NCBI GenBank assembly: GCA_964016885.1
Contig: OZ024746.1
Span: 59,396,001-59,460,000 of the forward strand
Direction: 5' to 3'
From: Eledone cirrhosa
Lineage: Eukaryota
DNA: 64,000 nucleotides
The position numbers and the translations under genes were made by a program. Every line of letters starts with the position of its first letter. Positions within the stretch are counted from its first letter, which is position 1. Positions 1-14,466 of the stretch are shown here, in pieces. The notes beneath the pieces were generated by a model. That model saw nothing but the letters and a program-made list of their open reading frames with translations, was not told the origin of the DNA and did no database searches.

Positions 1-79
1 CATGGAATATATAAGAGACAGAATACTTTTTTGTGAAAAAACATAATTTTATAAGGTAAGGAAATAATAAAGGGTATAA

Positions 80-128
80 AAAATGACCGGTTTCGATGGG
101 TCTGTAAAAGCCATCTTTTCAAATGTTG
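80..128 (-). ncRNA. Degenerate minimal hammerhead ribozyme motif (PLE pseudo-LTR remnant)
   Basis: Minus strand reads aacat-TTGAAAA-gatgg..ccatc-GAAAC-CG-GTC-atttt. Stem II GATGG/CCATC and the palindromic GAAACCGGTC end are intact; the CUGANGA box carries 2 substitutions. Confidence 0.5.
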
Positions 129-269
129 ATTAATATTAAGAAAAATTAATAATAAGAAGAGTTAAAATTTGAGATTTGAAAATTCAAGTATAAAATTCAT
201 TGTGGGATTTCATAGTAGTTTTTATCTTGGTAGCACTAGTTGACTGCTGTGTGCCTTTCTGGTAGTGAA

Positions 270-308
<39 letters not shown>

Positions 309-388
309 TATCAGATTAATGTTTAAGCAAAGAGTCGCTGCTTTCACTCTTATATATATATATATATATATACGATATATATATATAT

Positions 389-615
389 ATACGATATTAA
401 CAAATGGAAACTATATATATAAAACCATATTTATTTCATTATACATATTTCAAGAACTTGGTGTCCTTGAAATATGTATAATGAAATAAATATGGTTTTA
501 TAAATATAGTTTCCATTTGTTAATATCGTATTTTTACTCCAAATATTTGTTGAGTGCTTTATATCAGTTATAAAAATATTTGCTTGTTGTATCCCAACAA
601 TTTAAATAGAACTTT

Positions 616-618
<3 letters not shown>
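389..618. repeat. Fold-back (66-bp arms 389-454 / 466-531) plus an ~87-bp one-sided tail, between (TA)n tracts; probable PLE-end remnant
   Basis: Near-perfect inverted repeat with an 11-nt loop. The tail 532-618 resembles the reverse complement of 33241-33340. Confidence 0.75.
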
Positions 619-656
<38 letters not shown>

Positions 657-997
657 GGTCGAAAGGACTAGGATGACAGGATTGGGGAGATAAGTTGAGC
701 CACTTCTAATTTATTACATGCCCCATGTAGATATCATCTGCTAGCCAAACTCCTACAGTTTGGCTTCCTGTACTCATGTTCAAAACAGATGGCAGGTGTT
801 AAAGGCGAATCTCTGGCGCCTCAAAACCCGACTGCTCTGGGCATGTGAGGCTCGTCAGCCTTGTTAGGCAACCTATTCGGGAGGAGGGAAACTTTGTACG
901 TATGCATTCCCTCTTTCTCTTAACATTGAGTAAATTTTTGACCGGCCATCTTCTCGGTGGCAAGAAAGCAAAGTGTTGTCGTCTCTTGCGTATGCTT

Positions 998-1620
998 TCA
1001 TCCTTTGAATCGTAAAAATGTTTCATAAACTTTGAAGGTTCCAGATATTGCGGCCATTTCTAGATTATGAATTAAGGAGCAACGTTCTTTCTCCACAAAT
1101 CCAAGTTCAGTTATACTTTCGACAAGGTGGTTTGGCATATAGCCTGTAGTTCCAATAATAACTATTTCTACTATTGGCACAAGGCCAGCAATTACCCAGT
1201 GCATTATTGGTACTTTATTTTATTGACCCGTAAGGATGAAAGGCAAAGTTAACCTCGGCGGGATTTGAACTCAGAATGGCAAGGTCCGTAACGTCAAAGC
1301 ATGGCGTCCGACCCTCTACCGATACTGCCAATCTACCACCAATAGTTTCAATAATAATGGGTATGAAACTGAACGTCTTTCTTGGATATTGGATCTGCAA
1401 ACTCCTCATCAATGGTCCGTAGATATCCTCCTCTTACGTTTTTCTTACCATATTGACATCAACTGGAGAGCTGACTTCTAAAACAGAGCATGTTTTTAAG
1501 ATGTCCCAAACAACAATATCAGGCTGGTTGTGCTTTAATTCAGTGGCAGTTTTTATTTTTACATTTCACCAGTATCCCTTTGAGTCATTTGTTTCAACAT
1601 ATTCCTCTCTATTTATGCAC
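998..1620 (-). mobile_element. 3' fragment of a non-LTR retrotransposon with a restriction-like endonuclease (R4/Dong/NeSL-type), interrupted by a SINE
   Basis: Minus-strand translation with stops: KIKTATELKHNQPDIVVWDILKTCSVLEVSSPVDVN..YGPLMRSLQIQYPRKTFSFIPIII / GTTGYMPNHLVESITELGF..LEMAAISGTFKV. This gives a PD..D catalytic motif followed by a typical RLE C-terminus. Confidence 0.75.
1161..1342 (-). mobile_element. tRNA-derived SINE (family A) with a 14-bp target-site duplication
   Basis: B-box GAGTTCAAATCCC and core GCCTTTCATCCTTACGGGTCAATAAAATAAAGTACCA on the minus strand. TSD is tagttccaataata (1147-1160) / tagtttcaataata (1343-1356). Confidence 0.9.
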
Positions 1621-1845
1621 GTACATATATGGTGATTGGCAGAATCGGTGGAGCTTCGGACAAAATACCTTCCAGTATTTCTTCCGGCTGTTTATTTTCT
1701 GTGTTCTCATTACGTAACAGTGGTGCCAAGCTGCATTGGGTGTTAGCCTCCCTTGAAAACATGGAAGGGGGAGTATGAGCAGCAACTAGTATTCCATAAA
1801 AAAATGAACCATGCCTAAATTCTTGGTCAATTATTATCGATGGTG

Positions 1846-1928
<83 letters not shown>

Positions 1929-2071
1929 ATGCGTGTGTGTGTGTGTACTTTTGCACACTAGTGTAGATCGATAGTTGATTAGATAGGTGGGTAGATAGCT
2001 AGGTAGCTATACACATACACAATATGTATATAAATATATATAATATATATATGAATATATATATATATATT

Positions 2072-2102
<31 letters not shown>

Positions 2103-2104
2103 TT

Positions 2105-2172
<68 letters not shown>

Positions 2173-2916
2173 GCTTACATACTTATACATACATATATAC
2201 ATACATATAGGCATACATACACATATACAACACAGCGCTAGAAATTATCTTCCACGCCTCAGGATAATTGAAAATCATGAAATACGATAAATACGATGAA
2301 CAGAGTTAATTATAGTCGTGACTTTATGGAAATATAACAGATTCACCAGAAGGGAGAGAAAAAAAGAATGAATAGTAATTCATTAAAATATAGGGCACCA
2401 TTTTCCCCCGAAATAGTAATTTGGAGATTTAATGAGCTGGAATGTTCGTGAAGTGTTCTGTTCGTGTCAAATTTGTTTAAAATAACGACGCCTAACAACT
2501 CGGTTTATAAACCGGATGTTAACTTTGAGTTATATTTTTAGTTTTAATTCTTTTTTTTTTTTTTTTTGTAAATTAAATACCTATTTTTAACTAATCTCCC
2601 CGCTTTTTTATTTTTTATTTTTTATTTTTTTCAAGTTATTTCTTTTAAGGTTAAGATGAAGGACATGACAAGATGACTACATGATTACAAAATTGTTTCG
2701 TTCGATTTATTTTTTTCCTCTATTATATTTTCGAGTTTGACAAATGTAAAGTTTTTGATTTTTTTTTGATTTTTTTGTAAAATAAATGCCTCCTTTAAGT
2801 AATACCTTAAAATACCCTCTTTTTCACGATTTCTTTTAAAGTTTAAAATAAAAAACAATATTTTAAGAATATTTAGCTGAAAAAAAGATTCCATTTCGTA
2901 ATTTGTACACATAATA

Positions 2917-4140
2917 TGGTGGTGGTTCAGTGGAATTGTTAGAGCATCGGACAAACTGTTTTGTGGTATTATAAAATGTCGGAACATTTTACGTTCTGAG
3001 TTCATATCCTGCCGAGATCAATTTTGCCTTTCATCCTTCCGGAATCGATAATACCAGTCAAATAGTGAAATCAATGTAACTGACTGCTCTCTTTCCTCGA
3101 AATTGCTGGTCTTGTGTCGAAATTAAAAACCATTATTATTACACATATGTAATAATAATGGTTTTTAAGGGGATTGGCAGTATCGGTAGAAGGTCGTAGG
3201 CATAGAGTTACGCCCCTTTATGGTCTGAGTTCAAATTCCACCGAGGTTAACTTTGCCTTTCATCCTTACGGGATCGATAAAATAAAGTACCAGTAATACA
3301 ATGAGATAATTGCTGGCCTTGTGCCAAAAGTAGAAACAATTATTATTACACATATGGCGGTGGATTGGCAGTATCGGTAAAGTGTCAGACACCATGCTTT
3401 GCAGCATAGAGTTATGGCCCTTTGCGTTCTGAGGTCAAATCCCGCCTAGGTTAACTTTGCCTTTCATCATTACAGGGTCGATGAAATAAAGCACCAGTGA
3501 TACACTGGGGAAATTTCTGGCCTTGTGCTAGAAGTAAAAACAATTATTATTACATATTTATATATGTAGGAGTTTGACAAATGCCGACAATGCTGTAAGA
3601 TCAATTGGGGGGGGGGGGGGGCGAATTAAATTCTTATTTTTAATTAGTCCCCTGAATATAAGAAGTTTTCTTTCAAGATAAAAATGACAACACGACTACA
3701 TATTTAATTTTTTTTTTTTTTCGATTTAATTTTTCGCAATAATACATATAATATGCGTGACTTTAATAAATGATGTAACGTGTACTAATGAATTTTTTAA
3801 ATAAATGCCTATTTTAAGTAATCCCCTAAATACTTCTTTTTTTTTTTTAGAACAAAATGAATTATATGACTATATGAATATATGACTACAAAAATATTCT
3901 CTTTTGTAAATGTACTTAATAAAGTAGTGGGGTGGCAAAATCTAAAGAACGTCGAACAAACTGCTTTGCCGTATTTGACGCGGTTTTTCCGTTCTGAATT
4001 CAAATCCTGCCGAGGTCAGCTTTGCTCTCAATTCACCCGGAATCGATAACATAAAATATCAGTGAAGAACTGTGATCGATGTAATCGACTGTTCCTCTTT
4101 CTCCCATCCAACTTTGTACCTAAATTAGAAACCCTTATTT
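2917..4140 (+). mobile_element. Cluster of four family-A SINE copies (~2917-3140, 3169-3348, 3355-3550, 3925-4140)
   Basis: Each copy has a variant of ggattggcagtatcggtaga..GAGTTCAAATCC..gcctttcatcctt..gtaccagt..ggccttgtgccaaaa; the first and last are more diverged. Confidence 0.85.
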
Positions 4141-5573
4141 TTTTACGTGTTATTATCATTTGTGGAATATTAACAAAGGACATCAGATTTTCTTTTTTCC
4201 TTTTTTTTTTGTAAATTATATACCTATTTTTAACTAATCTCCCAAAATACGCCCTCATTTCAGATTTCTTTCTTTTATATAACTAAGAAATATATATAAC
4301 AAAAAAATGCAAGGGAACCGATCGTCCGATTGAACCAAAGAAATTATTTTTCCATTAGTCTGATACTCTCTGCTGATTACAATTCTTACATGACCACCAA
4401 ATTATTGTCTTGCGTTATTTTTAATCATTATTATACGTGGAAGTTTGACAAATGACGTGACTGTATGCAGAGAAATTCTTAACCATTCAGCCATGATGTA
4501 TTCTAGACTATCATTACCACACTAATGATGGTATCTAATTTAGACACAAGGGCAACAATTTGGGGATGGTGAGTGAGTAAAAATTGACTCACTAATAATA
4601 ATAATGATCAACATTTCTTTGTTTGCTACAAGAATAAATGAAAATAACAAAACGAAAAGATATTTAATTTTACGTTAAGTTTCACTTTAGCAGTTAGTTA
4701 GCGTGGCCAATGCGGGGAATTGACAGCAACGTTAGGGGGCTTTTATATTTGTTTCGTATCTCTGTGCTCCGTGTTCAAAACACACCGAGGCCAATTTTTG
4801 TTGTTCATCCTTCTGGGGCCGATAAATAAAGTATTAATCCAGAGCCGCTGAATTGGGTAATTGTAAAAGAATCAAACAGAGTGCCTTGTGATATCTGATC
4901 TGGCTCAGTGCATTCTGAGTTCAAATTCTGCCTCCATCTGGTGGTAGTGGCGGTGGTTATATTAGTGATGGAGGTTGTATTAGTGGTGTTTCTGTTATGT
5001 TTCTGCTCAATTACTTCTCTGTCTCTCCAGTTCCACTCTCTTTCTCTCTGTTTGTCTATCTAACTTTCCCACCTCTCTCTCCCACTCCACTCCACTCCCT
5101 ACCTCTCTCCCACTCCACTCACTCTTTTTCTTTCTCTTTGTCTACCTATCTCTCCCACCTCTCTCTCCCATTCTTCTCTCTCTCTCTCTCATTATCTATC
5201 TCTCACATTTCTCTCCCCACTATCATCTATCTCTCCCATATCTCTCTCTCTCTCCCACTATCTATCTATCTTTCCCACATATCTCTCCCACTATTTATCT
5301 ATCTCTCCCACCACTCTCTCTCTATCTATCTATCTATCTATCCTCCCATCCACCCTCTCTCTCCCACCTCTCTCTCTCAATTCTATCCATTATCTATCAT
5401 CTCTCCCACCTCTCTCTCTCCCACTATCTATCTCTCTATCTATCTATGTCTCCACCTCTCTCTCACCTTCTATCTATCTATCTCAATGTTTTGGACGACA
5501 AAATCAATGATTTTCTTTCTCCGTATTTTCTAATATTTTCTCATCTATTTATTATTTTATTTGGAATTTTAAA

Positions 5574-6625
5574 CATCCTTACCTTTTGTACCCTTGCCTT
5601 TTATATCCTTACTTGTTTATCCTTACCGTTTATATCCTTACTTGTTTATCCTTACCTTTTATATCCTTACCTTTTGTACCCTTACCTTTTATATCCTTAC
5701 TTGTTTATCCTTACCGTTTATATCCTTACTTGTTTATCCTTACCATTTATATCCTTACCTTTTATATCCTTACCTTTTATATCCTTACCTTTTATATCAT
5801 TACCTTTTATATCCTTACCTTTTGTATCCTTACCTTTTGTATCCTAACTTTTTGTATCCTTACCTTTTATATCCTTACCTATTATATCCTTACCTTTTTA
5901 TCCTTACCTTTTATATCCTTACCTATTATATCCTTACTTTTTTATATCCTTACCTATTATATCCTTACCTTTTGTATCCTTACCTGTTGTATCCTTACCT
6001 TTTATATCCCTACCTTTTGTATCCTTACCTTTTGTATCCTTACTTTTTGAATCATTACCTTTTATATCCTTACCTTTTGTATCCTTACCTCTTGTATCCT
6101 TTCATTTTATATCCTTACCTTGTGTATCCTTACCTTTTATATCCTTACCTTGTGTATCCTTACCTTTTGTATCCTTACCTTTTGTATCCTTACCTTTTGT
6201 ATCCTTATTTTTGTATCCTTTCCTTTATATCCTTACCTTTTATATCCTTACCTTTTGTATCCTTACCTTTTATATCCTTACCTTTTGTATCCTTACTTTT
6301 TGTATCCTTACCTTTTGTATCCTTACCTTTTGTATCCTTACTTTTTATATCCTTACCTATTATATCCTTACCTTTTGTATCCTTACCTGTTGTATCCTTA
6401 CCTTTTATATCCCTACCTTTTATATCCTTACCTTTTGTATCCTTACCTTTTGTATCCTTACCTTTTATATCCTTACCTTTTATATCCTTACCTTTTATAT
6501 CCTTACCTTTTATATCCTTACCTTTTGTATCCTTACCTTTTATATCCTTACCTTTTGTATCCTTACCTTTTGTATCCTTACCTTCTGTATCCTTACCTTT
6601 TGTATATTTGCCTTTTGTACCCTTG
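5574..6625 (+). repeat. 15-bp minisatellite (TATCCTTACCTTTTR)n, about 70 copies
   Basis: Direct tandem repeats; the source of the spurious YPYLL/ILTF/ISLPF ORFs. Confidence 0.95.
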
Positions 6626-6691
6626 ACTTTTGCTGGTTTTTATATCGAGATTTCTCTTTCCTCTTGTTCTTTTTGTCTTATTATCCTGTTA

Positions 6692-7105
6692 GAGGATTGG
6701 CAGTATCTGTAGAGGGTCGGACGCCACGCTTTGCGGTCCTTTACTGTCTGAGTTCAAATCCCGCCGAAGTAAACTTTGCCTTTCATTCCTATGGGGTCGA
6801 TAAAATAAAGCATGGAGAGTTTAGAAATATAACTAACTGACACATAATTAAGCTGGTGGATTGGGCGGTTGATTGGCTGTATCGGTGGAGCGTCAGACAC
6901 CATGCTTTGCAGCACAGTTATGGCCCTTTACGTTCAGAGTTCAAATCCCGCCCAGGTTAGCTTTGCCTTTCATCCATACGGGATCGATAAAAATAAGCAC
7001 AAGTTTAGCTCTGGGGTCGATTTAATCGACTTTCCCCTCCTCCAAAATAGCACCAGTAATGCACTGGGGTAATTGCTGACCTTGTGCCAAAAGTAGAAAT
7101 CGTTA
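6692..7105 (+). mobile_element. Two family-A SINE copies (~6692-6812, ~6853-7105)
   Basis: Same head, B-box and core as the other family-A copies. Confidence 0.85.
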
Positions 7106-7352
7106 TCCTGTTCTTTATCATCATCATCATCATCATCCTTATCTTCTTTTCCTCGTCTTTTCCTTCCTCGTCTTTTTAATATTCATCTTCTGTTTGTTAT
7201 CTTCATTTTCTTCGTTTCGTTTTAGTTTTTCTTTTTCATTTTCATCTAATTCCCTTTGTCTTCGTCTTTCATTTCTTCTTCTTCGTCTTCTTCTTCTTCT
7301 TCTTCTTCTTCTTCTTCCAATACTTATTTTCCTACAACTACTTCTTCGTCTT

Positions 7353-7398
7353 TACTACTACTACTACTACTACTACTACTACCACTGCTACCACTACT

Positions 7399-7437
<39 letters not shown>

Positions 7438-7513
7438 GCTTCTGCTACTACTACCACTACTACCACTACTATCACTACTACCACTACAACTACTACTGCT
7501 ACTACTACCACTA

Positions 7514-7574
<61 letters not shown>

Positions 7575-8152
7575 CACTACTACTACTACTACCACTACTA
7601 CCACTACTACTAATACTACTACTACTACTACCACTACTACCACTACTACCACTACTACTACTACCACTACTACCACTACTACTACTACTACCACTACTAC
7701 CATTACTACTACTACTACTACTACTGCTGCTACTACCACTACTACCACTACTACTACTACCACTACTAATACTACTACCACTCTACCACTACTACCACCA
7801 CTACTACTACTACCACTACTATTACTACTACTACCACTACTGCCACTAGTACTACTACTACCACTACTACTACAACTACTACTACCACTACTACCACTAC
7901 TACTACTATTACCACTACTACCACTACTACTACTACTACCACTACTACCACTACAACCACCACTACTACCACTACTACTACCACTATCACCACTACTACC
8001 ACTACTACCACTACTACTACTATTACTACTACTGCTACTTCTACCGCTACTACCACTACCACTACTACTACTACTATTACTACTACTACTGCTGCTACTA
8101 CTACCACTACTACCACTACTACCACTACTACTACTACTACCATTACTACTAC
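7353..8152 (+). repeat. (CTA/CCA)n trinucleotide repeat array
   Basis: About 800 bp of ctactaccac-type triplets. Confidence 0.95.
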
Positions 8153-9103
8153 TTCATCATCAGTCTCGTTTCTTCCTTTTCGCGTTCATTTTAGCCTCCG
8201 AAACCTTTCTCTCATTCCAATGTTTTCCCTCTTTTTCTATCGTCTCTTCCTTTTCTCCCATGACATCTTTTTCTCTCTCCTTCCACCCCCTCCTCCTCCT
8301 CTCCATCCTCTTCCTCCTCTTCCTCATCCTTCACCACCATCTTTTTTTTCTTCTTCTTCCGACTTGGGGTTTTCTTTGATTTCTGTCTTCTTCATTTTCT
8401 CTTCCTTCTCCGTCTTCTTTTCTCTCTCCTTCCACTTCATTTTCTTCTCTTTCTTTCTCACCTCAGTCATCATCATCATCATTATTTTCTTCCTCTTATT
8501 CTCCTTCTTCTTTTCTTCCTCCTCCCCCTTCTTCTTCTTCTCCTTCTTCTTCTCATCCTCCTCCTCCTTCTTCTCCCCCACCCTTCCCCCTTCTCCTCCT
8601 TCTTATTATTCCCCTCCTCCGCCGCCTCCTTTGCCTCCTCCTCCTTCTTCTTCTTTTTCTTCTTCTTCTTCTTCTTCTTCTTCTTCTTCTTCTTCTTCTT
8701 CTTTTGTCAACTCTCTCCTGTCATTTCTTATCGAAATATGTCAACTGTAGTCGTTAGTTTCTATGAAAGAATGAAATTGGAGAGGAAAGACAACACGAAA
8801 CAAAATAAATACCTTAACAAAACATTATGGTGCAAAAAAATTAAATAGACCCATAAAAAACAACAATAATAATAATAATAAGGTCAGCAATTAAAACAAA
8901 AACAAAAACGATAACAACATACAACAATAACAACAACGACAGCAACAGCATCATGGTTAAGAAAAAAAATGAGATAGTTTAATCATTATTCTAAAGAAAG
9001 ATTAAACTGAGTATTAATTGAATTCTATTGTAACATGACATCTTGCACTCCTCTTCATTTCTACTGCCATACACCACAATAGTCATATGGAGAATCCACA
9101 CAT

Positions 9104-9136
<33 letters not shown>

Positions 9137-9769
9137 ATATATATATATATACTTTGATTATAGGTATTTGTTATTTAACACGCCAAACTTCACATGCACT
9201 GAATGAATGACTGAGCTTATATAGTGTTTACAGAGTCAAAATAATTGTTTCTACGTTTGGCACAAGGCCAGAAATTACCCAGAGCATTACTGGTACTTTA
9301 TTTTATCGACCCCGTAAAGATGAAAGGCAAAGTTAACCTCGGCGGGATTACAGAGTCAAAATAATATCTGTTAATAAGTCTTTCTGCTTTTGGTACAAGG
9401 CCAGCAATTTGAAGAGAAAGAGAAAGTTGTCTTGGTTGTGTCACGCCATATTGCAGTGACGTTTGGCGATCTTATTCGCGCCAATTACCAATCTGGTACT
9501 TTTCTCAGACCCACGAAGACTAGGCTTTTTTAGAGATGGCATCTACTCGACTCGTCGTAGCAACATCACTGGGTTGTGAGAGTTTTCTTGGGAGCTAAAG
9601 GTGTCACACATTGCACTACCTCCTTTAGTCGTTTTCCGCTGTTGTTTCGGGGTTGATTATATGTCTGGCAAGTACCTTCTTATATCGCAACTAGCCATCA
9701 TATCTGGTGGTCGTATTGCTATCCAACACCTGCAACCTGTTCTCTAGCAGAACAGCTCTACCGAGAATG

Positions 9770-10538
9770 GTTTTTCGCTCCGCACGCAGCACAGCCGTCC
9801 AAATATTCATACGCCGCCAGTTTTTTAAGAAATCGTGTGAGTACTGCCAAGAGGTGTATGCTTGCTTCGAATACCTCGAAAAGGCATACGATCGCGTGTG
9901 GTGAAGTTCAAGTATCACGGAGCCGTGGTCACGTGTGATGGAAGACAGGAGACTGAATTTATTGCAAGGATTGCTGGAACTAGTGCAGTAATGCTCGAGC
10001 TTCAGCTTTCGGTAATCAGAAGAAGGGATGTACGTGTAAAAGCCAAACACGTTATCAATTTGGTATTCGTGCCCACTCTTACCTAAGGTCATGAATCTTG
10101 GGTAATGACCGAAAGAATACTATCGCGAATACAAGCAGCCGAAATGAGGTTCTCTGAAGGGTCTTTCGAGTAACGTTACGCGATAGAGTTCGTAGTTGGG
10201 AGATCAGAGAGTCACTCCAAGTAGATCCGCTACTTCTCCGACTTGAGAGATTACAGTTCCGATGCCGATGCCACGGACATGTGGTTAAAATTGTCCCTGG
10301 AAAGAATCGCTGGACAGATTTTTCGAGCGAAATCAACAAATAGGAGACCCAGTGGCCGATCCTGTGTAAGATGGCTGGATAACATCAATGAGCTCGACAG
10401 GTCCTGCTTGGAGATCCAGACGGATCAATTGGAAACGGTTGCTTCTGACATGTCACGCTGGATTGAGTGTTTGTGAACTCTGCCAAGAAGAAGAAGAAGA
10501 AGAAGAAGAAGAAGAAGAAGAAGAAGAAGAAGAAGAAG
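9770..10538 (+). mobile_element. Internally deleted RTE-like LINE remnant with a (GAA)n tail
   Basis: FIRRQFFKKSCEYCQEVYACFEYLEKAYDRV resembles the RT motif F.DLEKAYDRV. The C-terminal RRPSGRSCVRWLDNI..VASDMSRW is followed by (GAA)n at 10486-10538. Confidence 0.8.
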
Positions 10539-10695
10539 ATCATATCGACCCTAATGCGTTACTGGTACTTTATTTGATCGACTCCGTAAGGATCAGTGGC
10601 AAAGCTAACCACAGTGGGATTTGAACTCACAACGCCATGGGCCGTAACTATATGCTGCGAAGCATGTTGTCCAACGCTCTACCGATCCTGCCAAT
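10539..10695 (-). mobile_element. Family-A SINE (diverged)
   Basis: actggtactttatttgatcgactccgtaaggat..gggatttgaactc..ctaccgatcctgccaat. Confidence 0.8.
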
Positions 10696-11693
10696 AAATA
10701 GAAAGAGGGGCATTTTTGTCATAGCTGCGAAGCTACACCAGGTTTTCCGAGCTTAAACGCACTCTTTAAAAGTATATACAGGTCTACCTCACCTTACGTC
10801 CTTTCGCGTTTCGTCATTGTCGGCGATACTGCAGTTTTTCTTAATGTTATATGCCAAAAATAAACCATGTTTCTTGGTAAATTTAAAATAGTTATTCTAC
10901 TACATTTATCTTTTTGCAGTATATAGAGAGGTAGGTTTGACATTCGTCTTTTTTTACTTAAATTTTGACTTCTGGAACCAATTAACGACATAGGGTGAGA
11001 TATACCTGTATTTAAGAAGCGGGTTTAGGCCTTTAGTCACCATACGCTTTAGAACACAAAACCAGTTGGTCTTTGGCTACCTTTAACAGATTTTACGATA
11101 TTGCAAATATTCGTGTCTGAGAGAGATGTGGGGCGTTCCACGTCCTAATGTTTTGTAACCCCCTCCTACAGACGATCGTTCAAGTAGTGGAGGCATTTGC
11201 TGAATCAATCTCACATGCCTGGTAGGAAGGAGAGGCATGCTACAGTTTCTGAGCAGTACGCCTTCTCCTCTTTCCACTGACTGACTTATAAAAAATATAG
11301 GAAAGTTAAAATGGTGTGAATGATTGAATTAGAAGCTAGTAATGGCAATAGTAAAGATATGTTCAGTTAAATAGATCAACGATCGATGATAGCTTTTGTG
11401 TCGAAGAAATTAGGAGATGGGTGCTCATTGTTCTTCTATTGATCCTATACCTGTGTGGTTGCTATCAGTGTGTAGCTTGTAATTTGTGCTTTCATCTGAG
11501 CTTTAGAAATGTTATTAACTATGTTAGGCTGCTCTTTATTTCTCTTGATATCTTGCCAAATATAATGATTTCATACATTGGCACAAGGCCACACACACAC
11601 ATATATTTAAATGCAGAACATATATTCGATATAAGCACCTTCCAGTATATTACTGGTATCACGGGTACTTATTGTAGACAATTATTAAATATA

Positions 11694-11732
<39 letters not shown>

Positions 11733-11895
11733 AGGCCATTGTTAATTAATAAATAAATCAACTAATACCTTAACACTTCACACAAAGTAAAACATTTTGT
11801 TTTAAACATTTTCTAACCCAGAAAAAAGAAAAAAAAAAAAAAGGGAAAAAAATATTTTTTTTCTTCCTAATAATCGTCTTTGTCTTCCTATTTTC

Positions 11896-11997
<102 letters not shown>

Positions 11998-12992
11998 GAC
12001 CCCGATGGTTGGGCTCCGGCCGTTTCGATAGCTCTAGATCCGAACTGTTACCCACTCTACTACCTTAAGTATCGAGAACTCTGGTGCGTTATGGTCCACC
12101 TGGTATCTTACCACACCTTCTTTGTTATTTTTATATATGTGTGTGTGTTTGTGTGTGTGTTAGTTAGTGTGCATGTGTATATGTATATATATTTGTATAC
12201 ATGTGTGTGTATATTTATGAATATGTGTGGTTGGATGCCTGTGTCTGTGTGAGTATGAAGTGTTCTCGGTATGGAGACCGATAATACCACTGACCAAAGT
12301 AGTATTCGGTGCATTTTTAGACAGATTCAGTATAGAAATTCAATAAAATGCCAACAGAGAGGGCCTCTCCGTTTCGACTGGGCTACTAGCCTGCTCACTT
12401 CGAACGAACTAGTCATGTGTGTGAGTGCGTACTTGTGATATTTCTCCTTCTATATTCATCTATCTATCTTTTATCTCCCCTCTCTCACTTCTCAATACTG
12501 CCATACATACCACTTCCTTTCAAGCCTGTGTCTCATTCTTTTGTGATTTGACCCGTGACCTGGTCAGTGCAGTTTCGCCGTGTCTCTTGCGTAATACTGT
12601 TTGTTCTAAGGTGATTGCTCGAACTAAGTTGTATTAATTTAATTAGTTTCTTCATTCCTATCACGGTTATCTACCCACATTTGTGTCTTGCTTTTGATTG
12701 TAGCAATTTTCATTATCCTGTCTCATATCTGTATATAGATATTTCATCTTTTTTTTTCTTTTTGTCCAACATCTGAATAGCTATGTTTGGATACTATTGA
12801 TGCACTGATGGTAAATAGTCCTGTCTTTTAAAATCATCCAGAACTATAATAATCCCAGCAGAGAGACAATGAGTGAGAATTGTCTGTCCATGTGCTTGTG
12901 ACTTCCTAGTTTCTTCTTTCCTGTGTTTGTTTCACGGGTTTTTTAATGATACTATCATTGTAACCCACAATGAAATTGTTGTTTATATATAT

Positions 12993-13463
12993 CAGAGGTT
13001 CTCAAACGTTTTGGGCCACTGTACCCCCCTCCCCCCTCACCGCACCCCACCAACCCTATTTCCAGAGAGAGCTGCCTACACGCAAATTGTAAATAATATA
13101 TAATAAATAAAATCGGTAATTCATATGTGATAAATGATGGTTTCTTATATAGGCACAAGGCCAGCAATTTTGGGGGAGGGGAAAGTCGATTAAATCGAAC
13201 CCAGTATGTGACTGGTACTTTATTTTATCGACCCTGTAAGGATGAAAGGCAAAGTTAACCTCGGCGGGATTTGAAATCAGATCAGAAAGGGCCGTAACTC
13301 TGCTGCAAAGCATGGCGTCTGACCCTCTACCGATACTGCCAATCCTATATTCTATCATTTAATATTTAATATACTATTATATCATCTCTACCAACACCCC
13401 ACCGCTCCCCGGACCTTCTCAACGCTTCCCCGGGCGAGGTAGCGCCCACTTTAAGAACCTCTG
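12993..13463. mobile_element. hAT-type MITE with a nested family-A SINE (~13135-13345, minus)
   Basis: TIRs CAGAGGTTCTCAAA / TTTAAGAACCTCTG. 8-bp flanks atatatat / atgtatat fit a hAT TSD. Confidence 0.75.
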
Positions 13464-13974
13464 ATGTATATATGTACGAAATGTTTGGCACCAAGTAATA
13501 TTTCACAGTAAATGTTTCAGCTTTTATCATACATTTGATAGATTAGCATAGATTTTATTTCCATTCACCAAACAAATGATGTTTAGTAAGGATACTGTCT
13601 TAGACATATCATCTTGTCTATAGCTTGATAAATATTTGAAGGCCTTGCATAGTGCGCCATTCAATTATTAAGCAAGACACTTTTAAACTGAAGCAGCGTG
13701 AATATTTACCCTTCTATTCATAAAATGTAAAGGCATGTGGTTTAGTGTTTAGGGTTCATGGTCGTAAGGTCATGAATTATTGAGCAAGACGTTCATTTCA
13801 TGTTGATTCAGTCCACTCATCTGGTAAAAAATGAGGTGCACTTGTCATTAAAAAGGCCAGCCTTGTCACACAGTGTACGCTTAACAAACAAGCTGTCAGC
13901 ATTTCGGTTAGTTTTCGAAAATAATAGTGCACGGAGAACATTCCATTAGGTATGTATATACTGTATTTTAACAC

Positions 13975-14074
<100 letters not shown>

Positions 14075-14398
14075 ACGTGTGTGTGTGCATGAATATGTTT
14101 ATACATATGCATTATTTATACATATAGATATACACATGTAGATAGATAGATGGATATACATACATATACATATAGACATAAATGTACATATATATATATA
14201 CATATAGACATAAATGTACATATATATGTATATATAAATATAGACATGAATGTACATATATATATATATATATATACATATAGACATAAATGTACATATA
14301 TATGTATATATACATATAGACATAAATGTACATATATATATATATATATATATACATATAGACAGAAATGTACATATATATATATATATAGACATTAA

Positions 14399-14466
<68 letters not shown>

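Noticed and set aside
810-865. Minus-strand CTGACGA followed by a gcctca/tgaggc stem
   Set aside because: No GAAA box follows the stem, so an HHR cannot be supported.
5446-6840. 372-aa YPYLL-repeat protein and overlapping ORFs
   Set aside because: Translations of the 15-bp minisatellite, open in all three frames.
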